A stretch of 64,000 bases of DNA from Rebecca billardiae RCC1528 (taxonomy: Eukaryota > Protista > Haptophyta): contig OZ251231.1 of the NCBI GenBank assembly GCA_965240325.2, positions 1,240,001 through 1,304,000 of the forward strand. The letters run 5' to 3'. Shown piece by piece: positions 45,629 through 58,374 of this stretch. Position 1 is the first letter of the stretch, and every line of letters starts with the position of its first letter. Position numbers and translations under genes: made by a program. Under the pieces are notes generated by a model. That model made no database searches and was not told the origin of the DNA. It saw nothing but the letters and a program-made list of their open reading frames with translations.

Positions 45629-47205
45629 TCACAACTCATCAGGTCTGATCTGAGGAGCTTCTACCCTCGATCTCTGCGGCGTGCGCAACTCCGACGGCGG
45701 TGTGATGCAGTCCAAGTCGCGCTCGTCGACCTCCCTCACGTCCTCGACGGGCAGTGCGCCGTGCAGGTTGATGTCCGCCCCCGGCCCCGGCTGCACCGTC
45801 GCCATGCCCTTCTGCCTGGAGGACGCCGTCTTCGTGCCGCTGCTGCTCGCCCTCGCCAGGAACGACACGTCCGGCCCGCAGCCGAGCGAGTGCAGGAGGC
45901 CGCGCGGCGACGCAGCGACCAGCTCACGCACGACCGGCTCGCCCTCGGGACGGCGCCAGCGGGCGAGCGTGCCCACGATCTCGCGGAAGGGCGGGCGCTG
46001 CGCCGGCTCGGAGTGCCACACGCGCGCCTGCAGGGCCGCCACCTCCTCCGGCCAGCGCGTGGGCAGCTGCGGCCGCAGGCCGCTGTTCGCGGCCTCCATT
46101 GCGATCCTCTCCGCCGTCAGCAGCAACTCCTCGTAGGCCCTCCGCCGCGAGAGCAGCTCGTACATGATGATGGCTGCGGGCGCGCGCGACGGGTGGCGGG
46201 GCGCACGTCAGGGCCGGCGCGGCGGCGGCGGCGGCGGGCGCTGCTGCTGGCGCCGCGCGCACGGCGCCCGCGCGCACCGAAGCTGTAGACGTCGGTGCGG
46301 TGGTCGTACGCGTCGCCGCGGAAGTTCTCTGGCCCCATGTAGCGCAGCGAGCCGACCTGGCCCGTCATGCGGTACGGCGCGCGCTCGGGCGAGACGTCCG
46401 GGCTGGTGGCCTGCGCGATCCCGCCGCGGAACGACATGCGCCGCTCGGTGCGCCGCTCCTCGTACGCGACGAGCCCGAAGTCGCAGATCTTGGCCGTCGC
46501 GCGCGGCCCGCAGAGCAGTATGTTCTCCGGCTTCAGGTCGCGGTGCATGACGATGGGCTTGCAGTCGTGGAGGAAGGCCATGCCCAGCGCGACGTGGTGG
46601 GCCCAGCGCAGCCCGTCCTCCACGCTGAACCGCTTGCGCAGCACCGAGTGGTCGTTGATCAGCTCCTTGAGCGTGCCGTGCATCGCGTACTCCTGCACGA
46701 GCGCGAGCTGGTCGATTCCCTCGTGGCTGTACAGCGTGCAGCCGATGTACGCGATGACGTTGGGGTGGCGGATGGCGCGCAGGGTGAGCAGCTCGCTCAT
46801 GAACATCGCGAGCGCGCCCGAGCTCGGCGCCTCATCCTCGCCCGAGGCCGCGCCAGAGCCCCCGCCAAACGCCGCGGCAGCGGCGGCGCCCGGCAGCTTG
46901 AGCCGCTTGACCGCCACGTAGCCGCCGCCGTCCTCGACGTGGACGGCGGCCGGGCTGCCGGGTGGCGGCGCGTACGCGCACTGCCAAACGACTCCAAAGG
47001 CCCCCTCGCCGAGCACGCGCACCTGCGCGAGGTGGTCGGCCGGGATCAGCAGGCCTTCGCCCGCGGCCGAGCTGCTGGAGAGCGCAATCTCGTGCAGCTT
47101 CTGCAGGCTGGTCGCGGAGCCTTTGCGGAAGCAGACGGTCACGCCCGACACGTCGCGCCCGCTCAGGTTGCGCTCGAGCGTCAGATGGCGCATGAGCGGC
47201 TTCAT
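45629..47205 (-). CDS. TKL-family protein kinase; intron 46174-46277
   Basis: LGEGAFGVV, VAVK, HRDLKPEN, DFG, GSLRYMGPE; splicing gives DVYSFAIIMYELL, then QRPPF. An upstream exon is possible. Confidence 0.92.
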
Positions 47206-48450
47206 TGGCCCGAGCTGCCCGCGGCTGTGCGCGTGTCCAACAAGACGAGCCCCCCCCGACCCCCCGAGGCCGGCACCGCCGCCCGCGAAGCACTGCGCGA
47301 ATAATGCGTTCGTCCATTTTCACGAGGCGCACCAGCCACCAGCTGGTTAAGTAAATAGGTACTAGTATGAGATTTAACAGCAGAACTGTTTGTGATGATT
47401 AAGAACTACGGCGTATTGATGAGCTAAAGTACGGTGACGATGAATTTACGGCTCACTATGATGATACAGTACTCGGATTACTCGCTGATACGCGCCTCCC
47501 CCGGCCGCCGAGGCCGCCGGCTGCCGAGAGTCGTACGCGCGCTTCCCCCCGGGGTAGCTCTGTGCCACTCGGTGGCCTTCGGTTTGTCTCGGTTCGCTGA
47601 CCTCCCCGCGCGTCGGACGACAACGCTTCACCACCATGTCGGCAGGTGCCAAGCTCGCAGCGTCAGGCTGCGGCACCCCGACTTGACGTGATTGTTGAAT
47701 CCGTGAAGACGGCTCACACTTCACAGTGTTCTCCGTGCAGAGGTTACTTTGCGGGCGTCCAGGAGCTGCGCCGGCACGCACGGGGCTTCGTTGAGCGTCT
47801 TTCCGGCTGTATCGCTGGCTAGGGCGGTGACTCGGTGTAGCGTGTTGTGTGACAGTACCCTTTGGTTTCTTGCTGCATGAGGCCGCTTACGGTTCATCCG
47901 CGGCCCACGCAGCTGACGCGGTCACGTGCCAGAGACTGGTTCCGACGCGTCAGGTACGAGCAGCCTCGATGCTGCATGGCAGCTTTGTTTGGAAACATCC
48001 GCAGTGCGCCGGAAGGGGCAAGCGGTTCGGCTCAGGAAGCGCTCAGCATGGTGTCACCCAAAGCCCGCGCTCAAGTCAAGGGTCGCCGGGCCGTTCATCA
48101 AGCCGGTCCGGCAGGCTCATGATCAGCCGGGCAGCCGGCCGCCCGGCGCCCGGCAGCTGGCAGCAGCCTGGCACCGGACGCGTGTTAAACTGACCAAGGC
48201 AGTGACCAACGGTCCGGCTTCATCCGGAACGAATCCACTGCCGGGCTGGGCGCAAGCTGAAGAAGCTGGGGCGAGGCGGGCGCCAAGCGCTCGCGGCCGG
48301 CCGCTGCGCAGGCGGGTGAGCAAGCAGCCGCAGAGCGGCTGGATGAAGGCAGCTGCGCCGGGAGCCAACAACTGGGAGCTCGTCGCAGGCGTCGCCGGTG
48401 CACGCGCGCGCGCTCGAGCCGAGCCTGCCGCGCGGCGGGCTCGGCGTCGC

Positions 48451-51044
48451 ATGCCCATGCGCAAGACGCGCGGCGCGACCAAGCGCGAGCCCGATGCGCC
48501 GCTCTACGCCGAGGGCCTCCTGCACTCCGAGCACGTGCTCAAGCGTCGCTTCCTCGGCGCGGGCACGGTGCGCCGCCTGCGCGCGCGCGCGCGCGCGCGC
48601 GCGCGCCCGGGGGGGGGGCGGGGAGGCATGCGGCGCACGCGCTCGCCCCGGCTCGGGGTTGGAGATGGGATGCGTCCTCGCGGCCGGCCTTCGTCCGGCC
48701 CTGCCGCGCCATGCCGTGTGCTCCGCGCGCGCGCGCGCGCGCTCGCCGGTAAACGCTGTGCGCCCTGCACACGCGTCGTCTGCGCGGCCCAGCGCACGAG
48801 CGCACGCCCGCGCGCCGCGTGTGCGCGCACGAGCGCTCTTGCCACGTTGCGTGCCGCCCTGGCTCTCGCCTGCCGCGCGCTCGCGCGCGCCGCTGCGCCG
48901 AGCTCACGCGCGCGTGCGCTCCGCGCGCGCGTGCGCACGCCGCCTCGCCGCTTCGCCGCGCAGGACGGGCACGCGGTCTTCCGCAGCGAGGCCGACGGCC
49001 CGGCGGAGGCCATGGCTGTGGACGTGCCGCACGACGACTCGTCCCCATCCGCCTCGGAGCCGCCCACGCCCGCCGCCGAACGGCCGCCGCCCCGCGCGGC
49101 CGTCGGCTGCCACGGCTCCGGTCGGAGTGACGAGTGTGATGTGCGGCTGCTGCCGGCGCGCTCCGCCGAGCCGGCCGACGCCGCGGCCGCGATGGAGGTG
49201 GACAGCGAGCGGGTACACGGCGGCGTGAATGGCCGCGCCACGCCCGACCTCAAGGCCGTCCGCGTCTCCGTCCCATCCCTCGCCCTCTCCATGTGCTCAC
49301 CCGTGCAGCCGCCGCGCGCGGCCGACCGCGAGCGCGCCGCCGACGGTGGCCGCCCGGCGGATGCGCCGCTCACGCCGCCCGCGGTCTCGCCGGCGATGGC
49401 GACGGAGGCGACGGGCAGCGTGGACGTGCTCCTCGCCGTGTGCCGCCCGGACCCGCCGCCCGCCGCGGACGAGCCCGCGCGCATTGTCTGTGCGCTCCGC
49501 TCGCAGCCGGCTCAACTGGCGCTGCGGCCGGCATGGCTGGCGGCCGAGCTCGCGCGCGCCGCCTCGCGGCTCGGCCTCGGCGCGCGCGCTCTGAGCGCGG
49601 AGCTCGGCGTGGAGCCGAGCTGCCTGCGCGCGTGGTGCCGCGCCGCGGGCGACTCCGCCCACGCGCCGGACCTGAGCGAGCGCGCGCGCGCCTGGCTTGC
49701 CTCCGTGCGCACGGGACAGCGCCGCGCGCGCGCCGAGGCGCTGGTGCCTGACGAGAGTCCGGGCGACGAGTCCGGCGCGGTGGACGCGGCCGGGGGCTCG
49801 ACGGTGACCCCCGTGCAGCCGCCCGGCGGACGCGCGCTGCACACGCCCCTCAACGCGCACGCCGGCACGCTGATCACGCCGGTCACGCTGCCGGCGCCGC
49901 AGGATGCGCGTGCGCTCACTCTGTCGGGAGAGAGCGGCGGTGCGGCGGACGCGGAGGAGGACGATGGCGGCGCGTCGCGTGGCAGCCTGGGCGCGCCGGC
50001 GCCGGCGCGCAGCGCGGTGGCGGACGGCAGCCACGAGGGCGGCATGCCGCGCGGCGCCGTGCAGCTGCCGCGCAAGCGCTCGCGCCACGCCGCGTCAGCC
50101 ACGCTCGGCGGCGGCGCCGCCGGCGCGGACGGCGGCGCGGAGGGCGGCGGCGCGAGTGCGGGCGACTCGCTCGACGCGCAGGCGACCGAGCGGCTCCGCG
50201 AGCGCCTGCGCGCGAAGCTCGCGCAGCGCGCGTGCTCCGTCAACGCCGCCGCGGTCGAGATGGGACTGGAGATGGCCGCGGTGCGCAAGTGGCTCTCAGG
50301 TCTTGATCGGCCGTGGGTGACGCCGCACGTCGCCCGGTGGGTGGCTCAGGAGGCGCCGCTGCGAGCCGGCGGCGGCGGCGGGAGCGGCGCGCGCACGCCG
50401 CGCACGCCGCCCGCCGCCGAGGAGCGTGGCGCGACCTCGCCGGGGCGCAGCGCGCAGCCCGCTCACGCGCAGCGCGAGCCGCCGCCGCCGCTCGAGCCTA
50501 GGCCTGCGCACGGCGGCGCGCGCGGCGCCGAGCACGGCGACAGGAGCGGTGGCGGCGGGCGGCCGGGCGCGTGCGCGCGCGCAGCTGATGCGGACGCGCC
50601 GCCGCGCGACGCCGCGCCGCCGGGCGGCATCGGTCCGGGCGGCGCTTCAGTCCGGCTCAAGCTGAACCTCGGCCGCTTGCCGTCAGTGCACGGCGCGCCG
50701 CGCGTGTGCGCGCAGCTGGACGTGCTCCGGTACGGCGGGCCGAGCCACGCCGAGGGCCTGCGCGCGCGGTGCCACGCGGCGCTGAGCTCGCTCAACTGCC
50801 CCGTGAGCCAGGCGGCGAAGCAGATGGGCGTCGAGGTGACGAGCGTGCGCCGCTGGCTGCGCGGCGAAGACAAGGGCTGGGTCACGCCGCGCGTCGAGGG
50901 CTGGCTCCGGCACCGCGTGCGCGAGACGGCGGGGCTCGCGCCTCATCTGCTTCCGTTTGCACACCGCGGGCACACACCGATCATCACGGCCGCTGCCGGT
51001 GGCGGTGGTGGCAGCGGCGCGGCGCACGAGGCCGACGCGCATCT

Positions 51045-51080
<36 letters not shown>

Positions 51081-54000
51081 GGGCCGCAAGCGCGCGCTCA
51101 GTGCGGACGCTGGCCGCGGCGGCGGTCACGGCCCGCTGCCGCCGTCGCCTCTCCTCACGTGGAGCGCACACGGCGCGCTCGGCGGCGGCGGCGGCGGCTC
51201 GGCGGCGGCGCTCGCCGGCCGCATCTCGCCGTTCGGCGCGCACTCGCCCGCCGCCGGGTGTCACCGTCCAGAGAGTGCTCCCCCTGTGCTCAGCCGACCG
51301 GGCTCGGCTGGACCTCCGGAGGATGTCTGGTGCGGTGACGAGCTGGGCGGCCTGCCGCCGCTGCACGGCGGCGTCTGGGGCGGCGCCGAGGCGGCGGCCA
51401 TGCTGGACGGGCTGCGCAGCGCGTGCCACCGCCGCCTGGCGGAGCTCAAGTGCCCCGTGAGCCAGGCGGCGAAGCAGATGGGCGTCGAGGTGACGAGCGT
51501 GCGCCGCTGGCTGCGCGGCGAAGACAAGGGCTGGGTCACGCCGCGCGTCGAGGGCTGGCTGGCCGCCACGGCCGAGAGCGCCGGGCGCGGCTCGCTCGGC
51601 GCCGACACCTTGCTTGCCGGCCGCACGGCGACGCCGTCGCCGCGCCTCGGCGCGGGCGCGGGCGCGGGCTCGAGCGTCGCGCCGGGCGCGGCCGGCGGCG
51701 CGTGGCTCGGGCGGCAGCTGCCGGCGAGCCCCCTCCCGGCCTCCCCGCACCCGCAGCACAGTGGCAGCTTCTTCTGCGCCGACATCGGCAGCGGCGCGCT
51801 CGAGCTCGCGGGCCCGCCGCCGCCCTCCGAGCTCACCGCCGCGACGGCGCGCGCCGCGCCGGACGAGAGTGTCGCGCACTGGCTTGCGCACCGACTGCAT
51901 GCACTCGGCGTGTCGCAGGCGCAGGCGGCGCACCAGATGGGCGTACGGCAGGAGATGCTCGCGCGCTGGCTGCGCCGGCTGCGCGCGCCCGAGCGCGCGC
52001 ACTCGCTCTCGGCGCTGCAGCTCGCCAACATGCGCGCGTGCGTGCTGAACTGGCTGGCGAGCGACGCGCGCGCGCGCTCGCACACGCCGCAGCCGCACGG
52101 CTGCGGGCACGACGCGGAGCTTGCGGGGCCGTACACTGCCGCGCTGCTCGCGGCGGGCGGCGGCGGCGCGGGAGGGCTCGGCGCGCTGGTCGCTATGGAC
52201 GACGACGCCGGCGGCGCGGGCGCGTGCGGCGCGCACGGCGTGGATGCGGAGGACGACGTGGCGCGCGAGCTCGAGCTTGCGGACGGCGCGGACGACGGCG
52301 CGGATGCGGAGATGGGCGCCGAGGCCGACGAATGGTTCGGCCACGCCAAGCCGGGAGCAGCCGACGCGCGCCCGTGGCGCACGCACCCGCTGCACGCGCC
52401 GCCGCCGCCGCCGCCGCCGCCTGTCGCGCTGGCCGCCCGGGCCGGCCTTGGCGGCGGCGCGGGCGGCGCAGAGGACACTCAGGGAGATAACGGGCTCGAG
52501 GATGCAGTGCGCGCGGCCGCGCGCCGCGTCGTCCTCTCGCGGCCCACGCCGCGCTGGTCGCACGCCGCGCCGCTGCCCGGCCGGCAGCACTCGGCGGGCG
52601 AGGCGTTGGAAGCGAGCCGCGCGCCCGCGGCCGACGCTGCCGGTGGCGGCGGCGACGCGGCCGCGGCGGCGGCGGCCGCGGCGGCGGCTGCGCGCGCCGC
52701 GGCGGCCGAGGACGAGGAGCTGATCGACACGGTCTCGATCCTGCACCGCCTCTCGAACGCGCCCTCGCCCGTCACGCCGCACCACAAGCGGCTCGCTGAC
52801 ACGCCGCTGCACTGGGCCTCTGGCGGGATTGGCGGCGGCGCGCGCAGCATGCTCGGCGGCGCCGGCCACGGCCACGGCGGCGGCGGCTGCGCCGGGCATG
52901 CGCCCCCCCACCCGCCTCTGTTTGGCGGTGCCGGCGGCGCGAGCGGCGTCTCGATGGGCCGCGCGGCGCCGGAGCCGAGCCACGGCGCGAGCGCGCCGCC
53001 GCCGTGCTCCGCAGGGCTGGCGGCGGCGGCGGCGACGGGCGAGCCCGCGGCCGCGCCTGCCGAAACGCTCACGCCCGCCGCCTCAGGCCGAGTGACGCCT
53101 CCGCCCGGTCACGGCGCGCGGCTGCAGCGGCCGCAGCCGCCGCCGCAGCCGCAGCCGCAGCAGCAGCGCGCGCGGCTCTCGCCCTCGGAGTGCGCGGCGC
53201 CCGACGCGGCGGAGGCGATCCTCTCGCTCTCGGCCGCGCCGTCGCCGGTCGCGCCCGCGAACACGCGCCTGCTGCTGCCTCGTGTCGGGGCGACAGTGCG
53301 CGCGCGCCCGCCCTCGCCGCTGGTGCGGCCTCCCTCTGCGGCGGGTGCGGCCGGCTGCGGCTGCGGCGCGCAGCCACCGAGCGCGTGCGCTCTCGGCAGC
53401 GCGGCGGGCGCGCTCGGCGCGCTGGCCGCCGCCGGCACCGCGGCGCCCTCCGCCTTCGCGCCGGACGCGGCGTGGGCGCACGCGCGAGGCTCGGCTTCGC
53501 TCTCGGCGCAGCCGGGCTGCTACGGCGCGCCGGGCTGCGGCGGCGGCTATGGTGGCGGTGGCGGCTGCGCCGCGCAGCAGCAGCAGCAGCAGCAGCAGCA
53601 CGCGCTGGTGATGACTCCGACACGCTGCGCGCCGCCGTGCGCGCCGCCCGCGCACAAGCCGCCGCCTACGCCGCCCCCGTGCGCGCGCCGGATGCCTCTG
53701 TTGAACGGAGCGGCGGGCGTCGGACTTGGCCACCTGGGCGGCGCGCACGGCGCACCGTCGGCCGCGGGCGCGGCGCTGGCGCTCGCCGAGGGCGCGGCCG
53801 GCTGCGCGCTGGAGGACGACAGCGCGCACCGCGCGCACCGCGCGCCCACCACACCCTCGCGCTCAACCGACGGCGGCGGTCGGCTGGCTGCCGGCCTGAG
53901 CCCGCCGCCTACGCCGCTCAGTCAACCGTGCGCGCCGCGCGCCGCGCGATGCACGCGCACACCGCGCGCTTTGCGCCGCGCGCGCTCAGCCGCGCCTCGC

Positions 54001-54781
54001 GCCGTGCCCTCCCCACGTCTCCGCGCGCGCGCGCCGCCGCCATTCCTTGTCCCCCTTTGTCTCCGTGTATTCCGCTCCGCCAGCTCGTCCGCGCGCCGCG
54101 CCAAGTCGTGGACGCGCGAGGAGGACGAGCGTCTCCGCGATTACGTCCGGCAGCACGGCGCGGGCAAGTGGTCGCGTGTGGCGCACGAGCTGCCGGGTGC
54201 GTGCCGCCGCCGGTGGCGCCGCCGCCGGTGGCGCCGATGGCGCCGCGCCCTCCGCGCGGGGCGCGGGCGCGCGCGCGCCCGCCCGGGCCAGCCGCTCACG
54301 CGCGCGCTCTTGTACCCCTACCCCTTACCCCTTACCCCCTACCCCTACCCCTACCCCTACCCCTAACCGCACGACAGGCCGCACCGGGAAGCAGTGTCGT
54401 GAGCGCTGGTGCAACCAGCTGAGCTCAGACATCAACCGCGCGCTGTGGAGCATGGAGGAGGACCGGACCATCATCGAGGCGCACCGGACGCACGGTAAGC
54501 TGGGCGGCGCGGCCGCGCGCGCCGCGCGCGTGAATGGTGCCGGCCCAGCCCACGGCGCGCGCGCCCTGTGCTGCATCGTTCTGAGTGTCTCGCCGCCGCC
54601 GCCCCGCCGCCGCCGCCGCCGCGCGCGCGGCGCAGGCAACAGCTGGGCGCGCATCGCGCGGCTGCTGCCCGGCCGCACGGACAACCAAGTCAAGAACCGC
54701 TGGAACTCCACCCTCGCCAAGCGCGCGGGCTGCTCCCCGTCGGCCGAGCCGTCGTGCGACTCGCCGCGCGCAGGCGGGTCG

Positions 54782-54816
<35 letters not shown>

Positions 54817-55012
54817 GCACCGCGGCGGCAGCTCGGCTGAGCCGAGCGAGGCCGACGACTCGGTGACGGACGCCGGGAGCACGGCCGGCGGCGTGGGCGC
54901 GCGCGCGCCCAGCGACGGCGCGAGCGCGGACGGCAGCTTGAGTGTCGGCGCGGGCTACGCGGGTGGCGCGGGGCAGTGGATGCCACGCGGCCAACCGGCG
55001 GAGGCGCGCTGA
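48451..55012 (+). CDS. R2R3-MYB transcription factor with five Cro/XRE-like HTH repeats; introns 48568-48963, 53928-54083, 54197-54377, 54495-54635
   Basis: The spliced C-terminus gives [31 protein letters not shown] and [34 protein letters not shown]. Total about 1895 aa. The first two introns are in frame and therefore inferred. Confidence 0.85.
50797..51560 (+). repeat. 110-bp exact direct repeat within the CDS (50797-50906 and 51451-51560)
   Basis: Both copies encode [37 protein letters not shown] with identical DNA. Confidence 0.93.
54313..54368. repeat. Telomere-like (TACCCC)n tract inside an intron
   Basis: About 8 units of TACCCC/TTACCCC ending in CCCTAACC. Confidence 0.85.
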
Positions 55013-55619
55013 GCCACTCACTGAGCTGAGCAAGCCTGGGCATGCACACAGGGAGCCACTACATGCGAGGGGTCGAGTGGCGCGGGCGAGGGCGAGCTCG
55101 AGGCGGGCGCATTCCAGAGGCGATCGCGCGCTCAGGGCGCGTCGCTCGCCAGCCGGCGCAGAGCCGCCACTCGCTCCACTCAGCACTCGCCACTCGGTCG
55201 AGCCGTCAAGGGCGCCGATCGGCCGCGGCGGCGGGGTCAGCCATACGTGATACGTGAAGACGTGTGGACAAGGGACATCACGGTACGAGTACGTCATCAG
55301 TCTAGCTGTCAGTGTTGCTTCGAGCGGTGGCGACGTGGAGTCTGCACCAACTGATGATGACACTCTTGTCAGCCTCATCATCGACGATGACAATGACTGC
55401 TCTGGCTAGCAAGTTTTGGTACAGTAGCACTAAGCTAAGTGTAGCGGCAAGTCTTGATACTAAAGTAGTTAGTACCAGTAACTACCGTACTGACTAAGCA
55501 GACAGACTAACTGACCCGCCGCCATCGTGCGGCACGACAGACGACGAGCTCTAGCGGTCGATCACCGACACGCGACGGCGTGACCGAGGGCGGCGCGCGG
55601 CGCGGCCGACCGGCGCGCC

Positions 55620-57896
55620 ATGGCGCCCGGGATCATGGCGTACGACGCGTTCCCAAAGACGCTGGACGAGCTCAAGGAGCGCACGCTCGGCGGCGCCCTG
55701 AGTACGCTGCGCCGCGCCGGCGCGGCGCGGGCGTGCGAGCGCCGCACGGGCAGCGTGCCTGACTCGCGCCGCTCTCACTCCCTCTCGCGCGTGCGAACGC
55801 CGCCGCCCCGCGCCCGCGCGCAGTCTCGATCGCGGCAACGTGCCTCATCATCACCCTCTTCTTCTCCGAGCTCGCCCACTTCCGCACGATCGAGACGGTC
55901 GACCAGCTGGACGTGGACGTGTCGTCGCAGGGCAAGATCCTGATCAACCTCGACATTGAGCTGCCGTCGATCCCGTGCAGCGAGCTGGTGGTCGACGTGG
56001 TCGACGAGTCGGAGACGCAGCAGCTCGCGGTGAACGAGAGCCTGCACAAGCTGCGGCTCGACCGGCACGGCTCGCCCATGGAGGTGCCCCGCCGGGTCGA
56101 CTGGGGTCACACGCTCGCGGCCGGCTTCAAGCACCGCAAGGTGCTGGGCGGCGCCGCGCCCGCCGCGCGCGCCGACGAGCCGCGCGCCGACGCGCGCCCG
56201 AGCGCGTCCCTCCGCGCGGCGTGGCGCCCGCAGGTGATGAGCCTCGTCGACTCCGTCTCCTCCGCGCTGCACGAGACGATCGACGAGCTCAGCGAGGACG
56301 AGGCGGCCGAGCGCTCGCACGACCAGCACACGCACGAGGAGCACGTCGCACACAGGCGGCAGCTGGCGCACCGCGCCGTGGCGCTGCAGGAGCAGCTGGA
56401 CGAGCTCACGTCGGTGGCGGACTCGGCGCAGAGCGCGAGTGATGTGCTGCAGCTCACGCACGACGAGCTCGTCGCCATCCGAGTGCGTGCGCCCGCGCGG
56501 CTGCCCGCCCGCCCGCGCCGCGCCCACGTGCCGTGCCACGGTGCCGCGGTGCCGCGCCGCGCGCCGCGCGCCGCGCGCCGCGCAGTTGCCGCGCCGAGCG
56601 CCGGTCGCGTCGGCGCGCGCGTGCGCGCGCGGGCTTGCGCGCTGAGCGCCCCGTCGCGCGCACGCGCGCGCGCCGCGCGCCGCGCAGGCGAAGATCCGCG
56701 ACGCGCGGCTCTACTCGGACGAGCAGGAGGAGCACGTGGCGGCGAACCTGGACGCGATGGAGCGCAACCTCGTCAAGCTGCGGATGGGCGGCCACGGCGG
56801 CGGCGCGGCGGACGAGACGGCGAACCTGCAGGAGGCGCTGCGCATCCGGCTGTCGATCCTGCAGGACAACCTGAAGGGCTTCGTCTCGCCCGAGGACATC
56901 GACCGCCGCGACCGCTACCGCGACCTCGCCGAGATGCTCTCCGAGCTGCAGAACACCACCAGACTGCTCGCGCTGCCGGACGAAGACCGCTCGGCGCTGT
57001 TCCACACGGCCTACTATCTGCAGGACGCGCTGGACGAGCTGGCGGCGGGCGCGACGGGCGCGGCGCGCGCGGACGCGGAGCGCAGGCTGGCGCAGCACCT
57101 CGAGCTCTTCCGCGTCGAGCTCACCGGCTCGTCGCTGCCCGAGAACTACTGCGGCTCGTGCTACGGCGCCGCGCGGCCGCCGGTCAAGTGCTGCAACACG
57201 TGCGACGACGTGAAGGCAGCGTACCGCGCGCGCCGCTGGGCGGTGTCGGACGAGACGACGTTCGAGCAGTGCCGGCGCGAGAGCAAGCAGCGCGCCGCGG
57301 TGATCGCCGACGGCGAGGGGTGCAACGTGTACGGCACGCTCGACGTCGAGCGCGCGCTAGGCACGGTGCACATCGCGCCCGCCTCGAGCGCGAGCTTGAG
57401 CTCAACCGGGCAGCCGATCGCGCAGGCGGCCAACCTCGTGCACGAGGACGTGGCGCACTTCAACGTGAGCCATCGCATCAACAGGCTCAGCTTCGGCGAC
57501 GACTTCCCCGGGCAGGTCAACCCGCTCGACGGCGTGTGGCGCGCGTCGCCCTCCGGCCCGGGCGTCGCGCGGTACTTCATCAAGGTCGTGCCGACCGTGT
57601 ACACGGGCATGGCTGGCGCGCAGCTCCGCTCCAACCAGTTCGCCTCCACAGAGTACTTCAAGGAGGTGCGCGAGGACGACCGGCTCTTCCAGATGCCGGG
57701 CATCCACTTCACGTACGACGTCACGCCGCTGCGCGTCAAGATCACTGAGCGGCGCGGGCGCACGCTGGTGAGCTTCCTGATGCGCTGCGCGTCGACCATC
57801 GGCGGGGTCTTCACCGTCGCGGGGATGGTCGACCGCATGCTCTACTCGTCGCAGCGGATGATGATGCAGAAGGTGCAGATCGGCAAGGCGAGCTGA
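55620..57896 (+). CDS. ERGIC3: ERGIC3/Erv46-like protein with a large helical insertion; introns 55702-55823, 56141-56233, 56483-56687
   Basis: YDAFPKT..RTLGGA, INLDIELPSIPC, CGSCYGA..CCNTCDDV, EGCNVYG, FNVSHRINRLSFG, NPLDG, YFIKVVPT, IGGVFTV and tail KVQIGKAS. Spliced length is 618 aa. Confidence 0.92.
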
Positions 57897-58374
57897 CGCG
57901 AGCCATGCCCATCGGATGCTGCGGACTGAGCTCCCGCGACGCTGCGAGACTAGCAGCTATGCGCTGTAATTAAATATGCGCGCTGCTATATCGCTAGGCC
58001 GGCTAGCCTAGGCCCGACGGCAACGTCGGACTCGGAGTACCTGTACTCTGTAGGCTGTACTCTGGCTGTCTCAGTCTGTCTGTCTCTGTTACTGATGTAG
58101 CATCAGTTCATCGCGTCACGATAGATATATCGATGACGAGCAGTGAGATGCCGCCACTCCGACTCCGAGCAGACGACTCATCCGTCATCGGTCTCGGTCT
58201 CGGAGACAGACGACGTATCTAGTCGGACGAGTGACGGAGTAGTGACGAGTATGGACTACGGTCAAGCCTCTGCTCAGAGCCTCAGAGTAGTCTGACTGAG
58301 CGCGCAGTCAGCATGCGCGCGCATCATCATCTGATCATGATGCATATATGTAGTAGTCATCATCAAAATAAAGA

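Noticed and set aside
47926-48450. N-terminal extension of the 2146-aa ORF
   Set aside because: It starts at a non-ATG codon and has non-coding-like composition; ATG 48451 is preferred.
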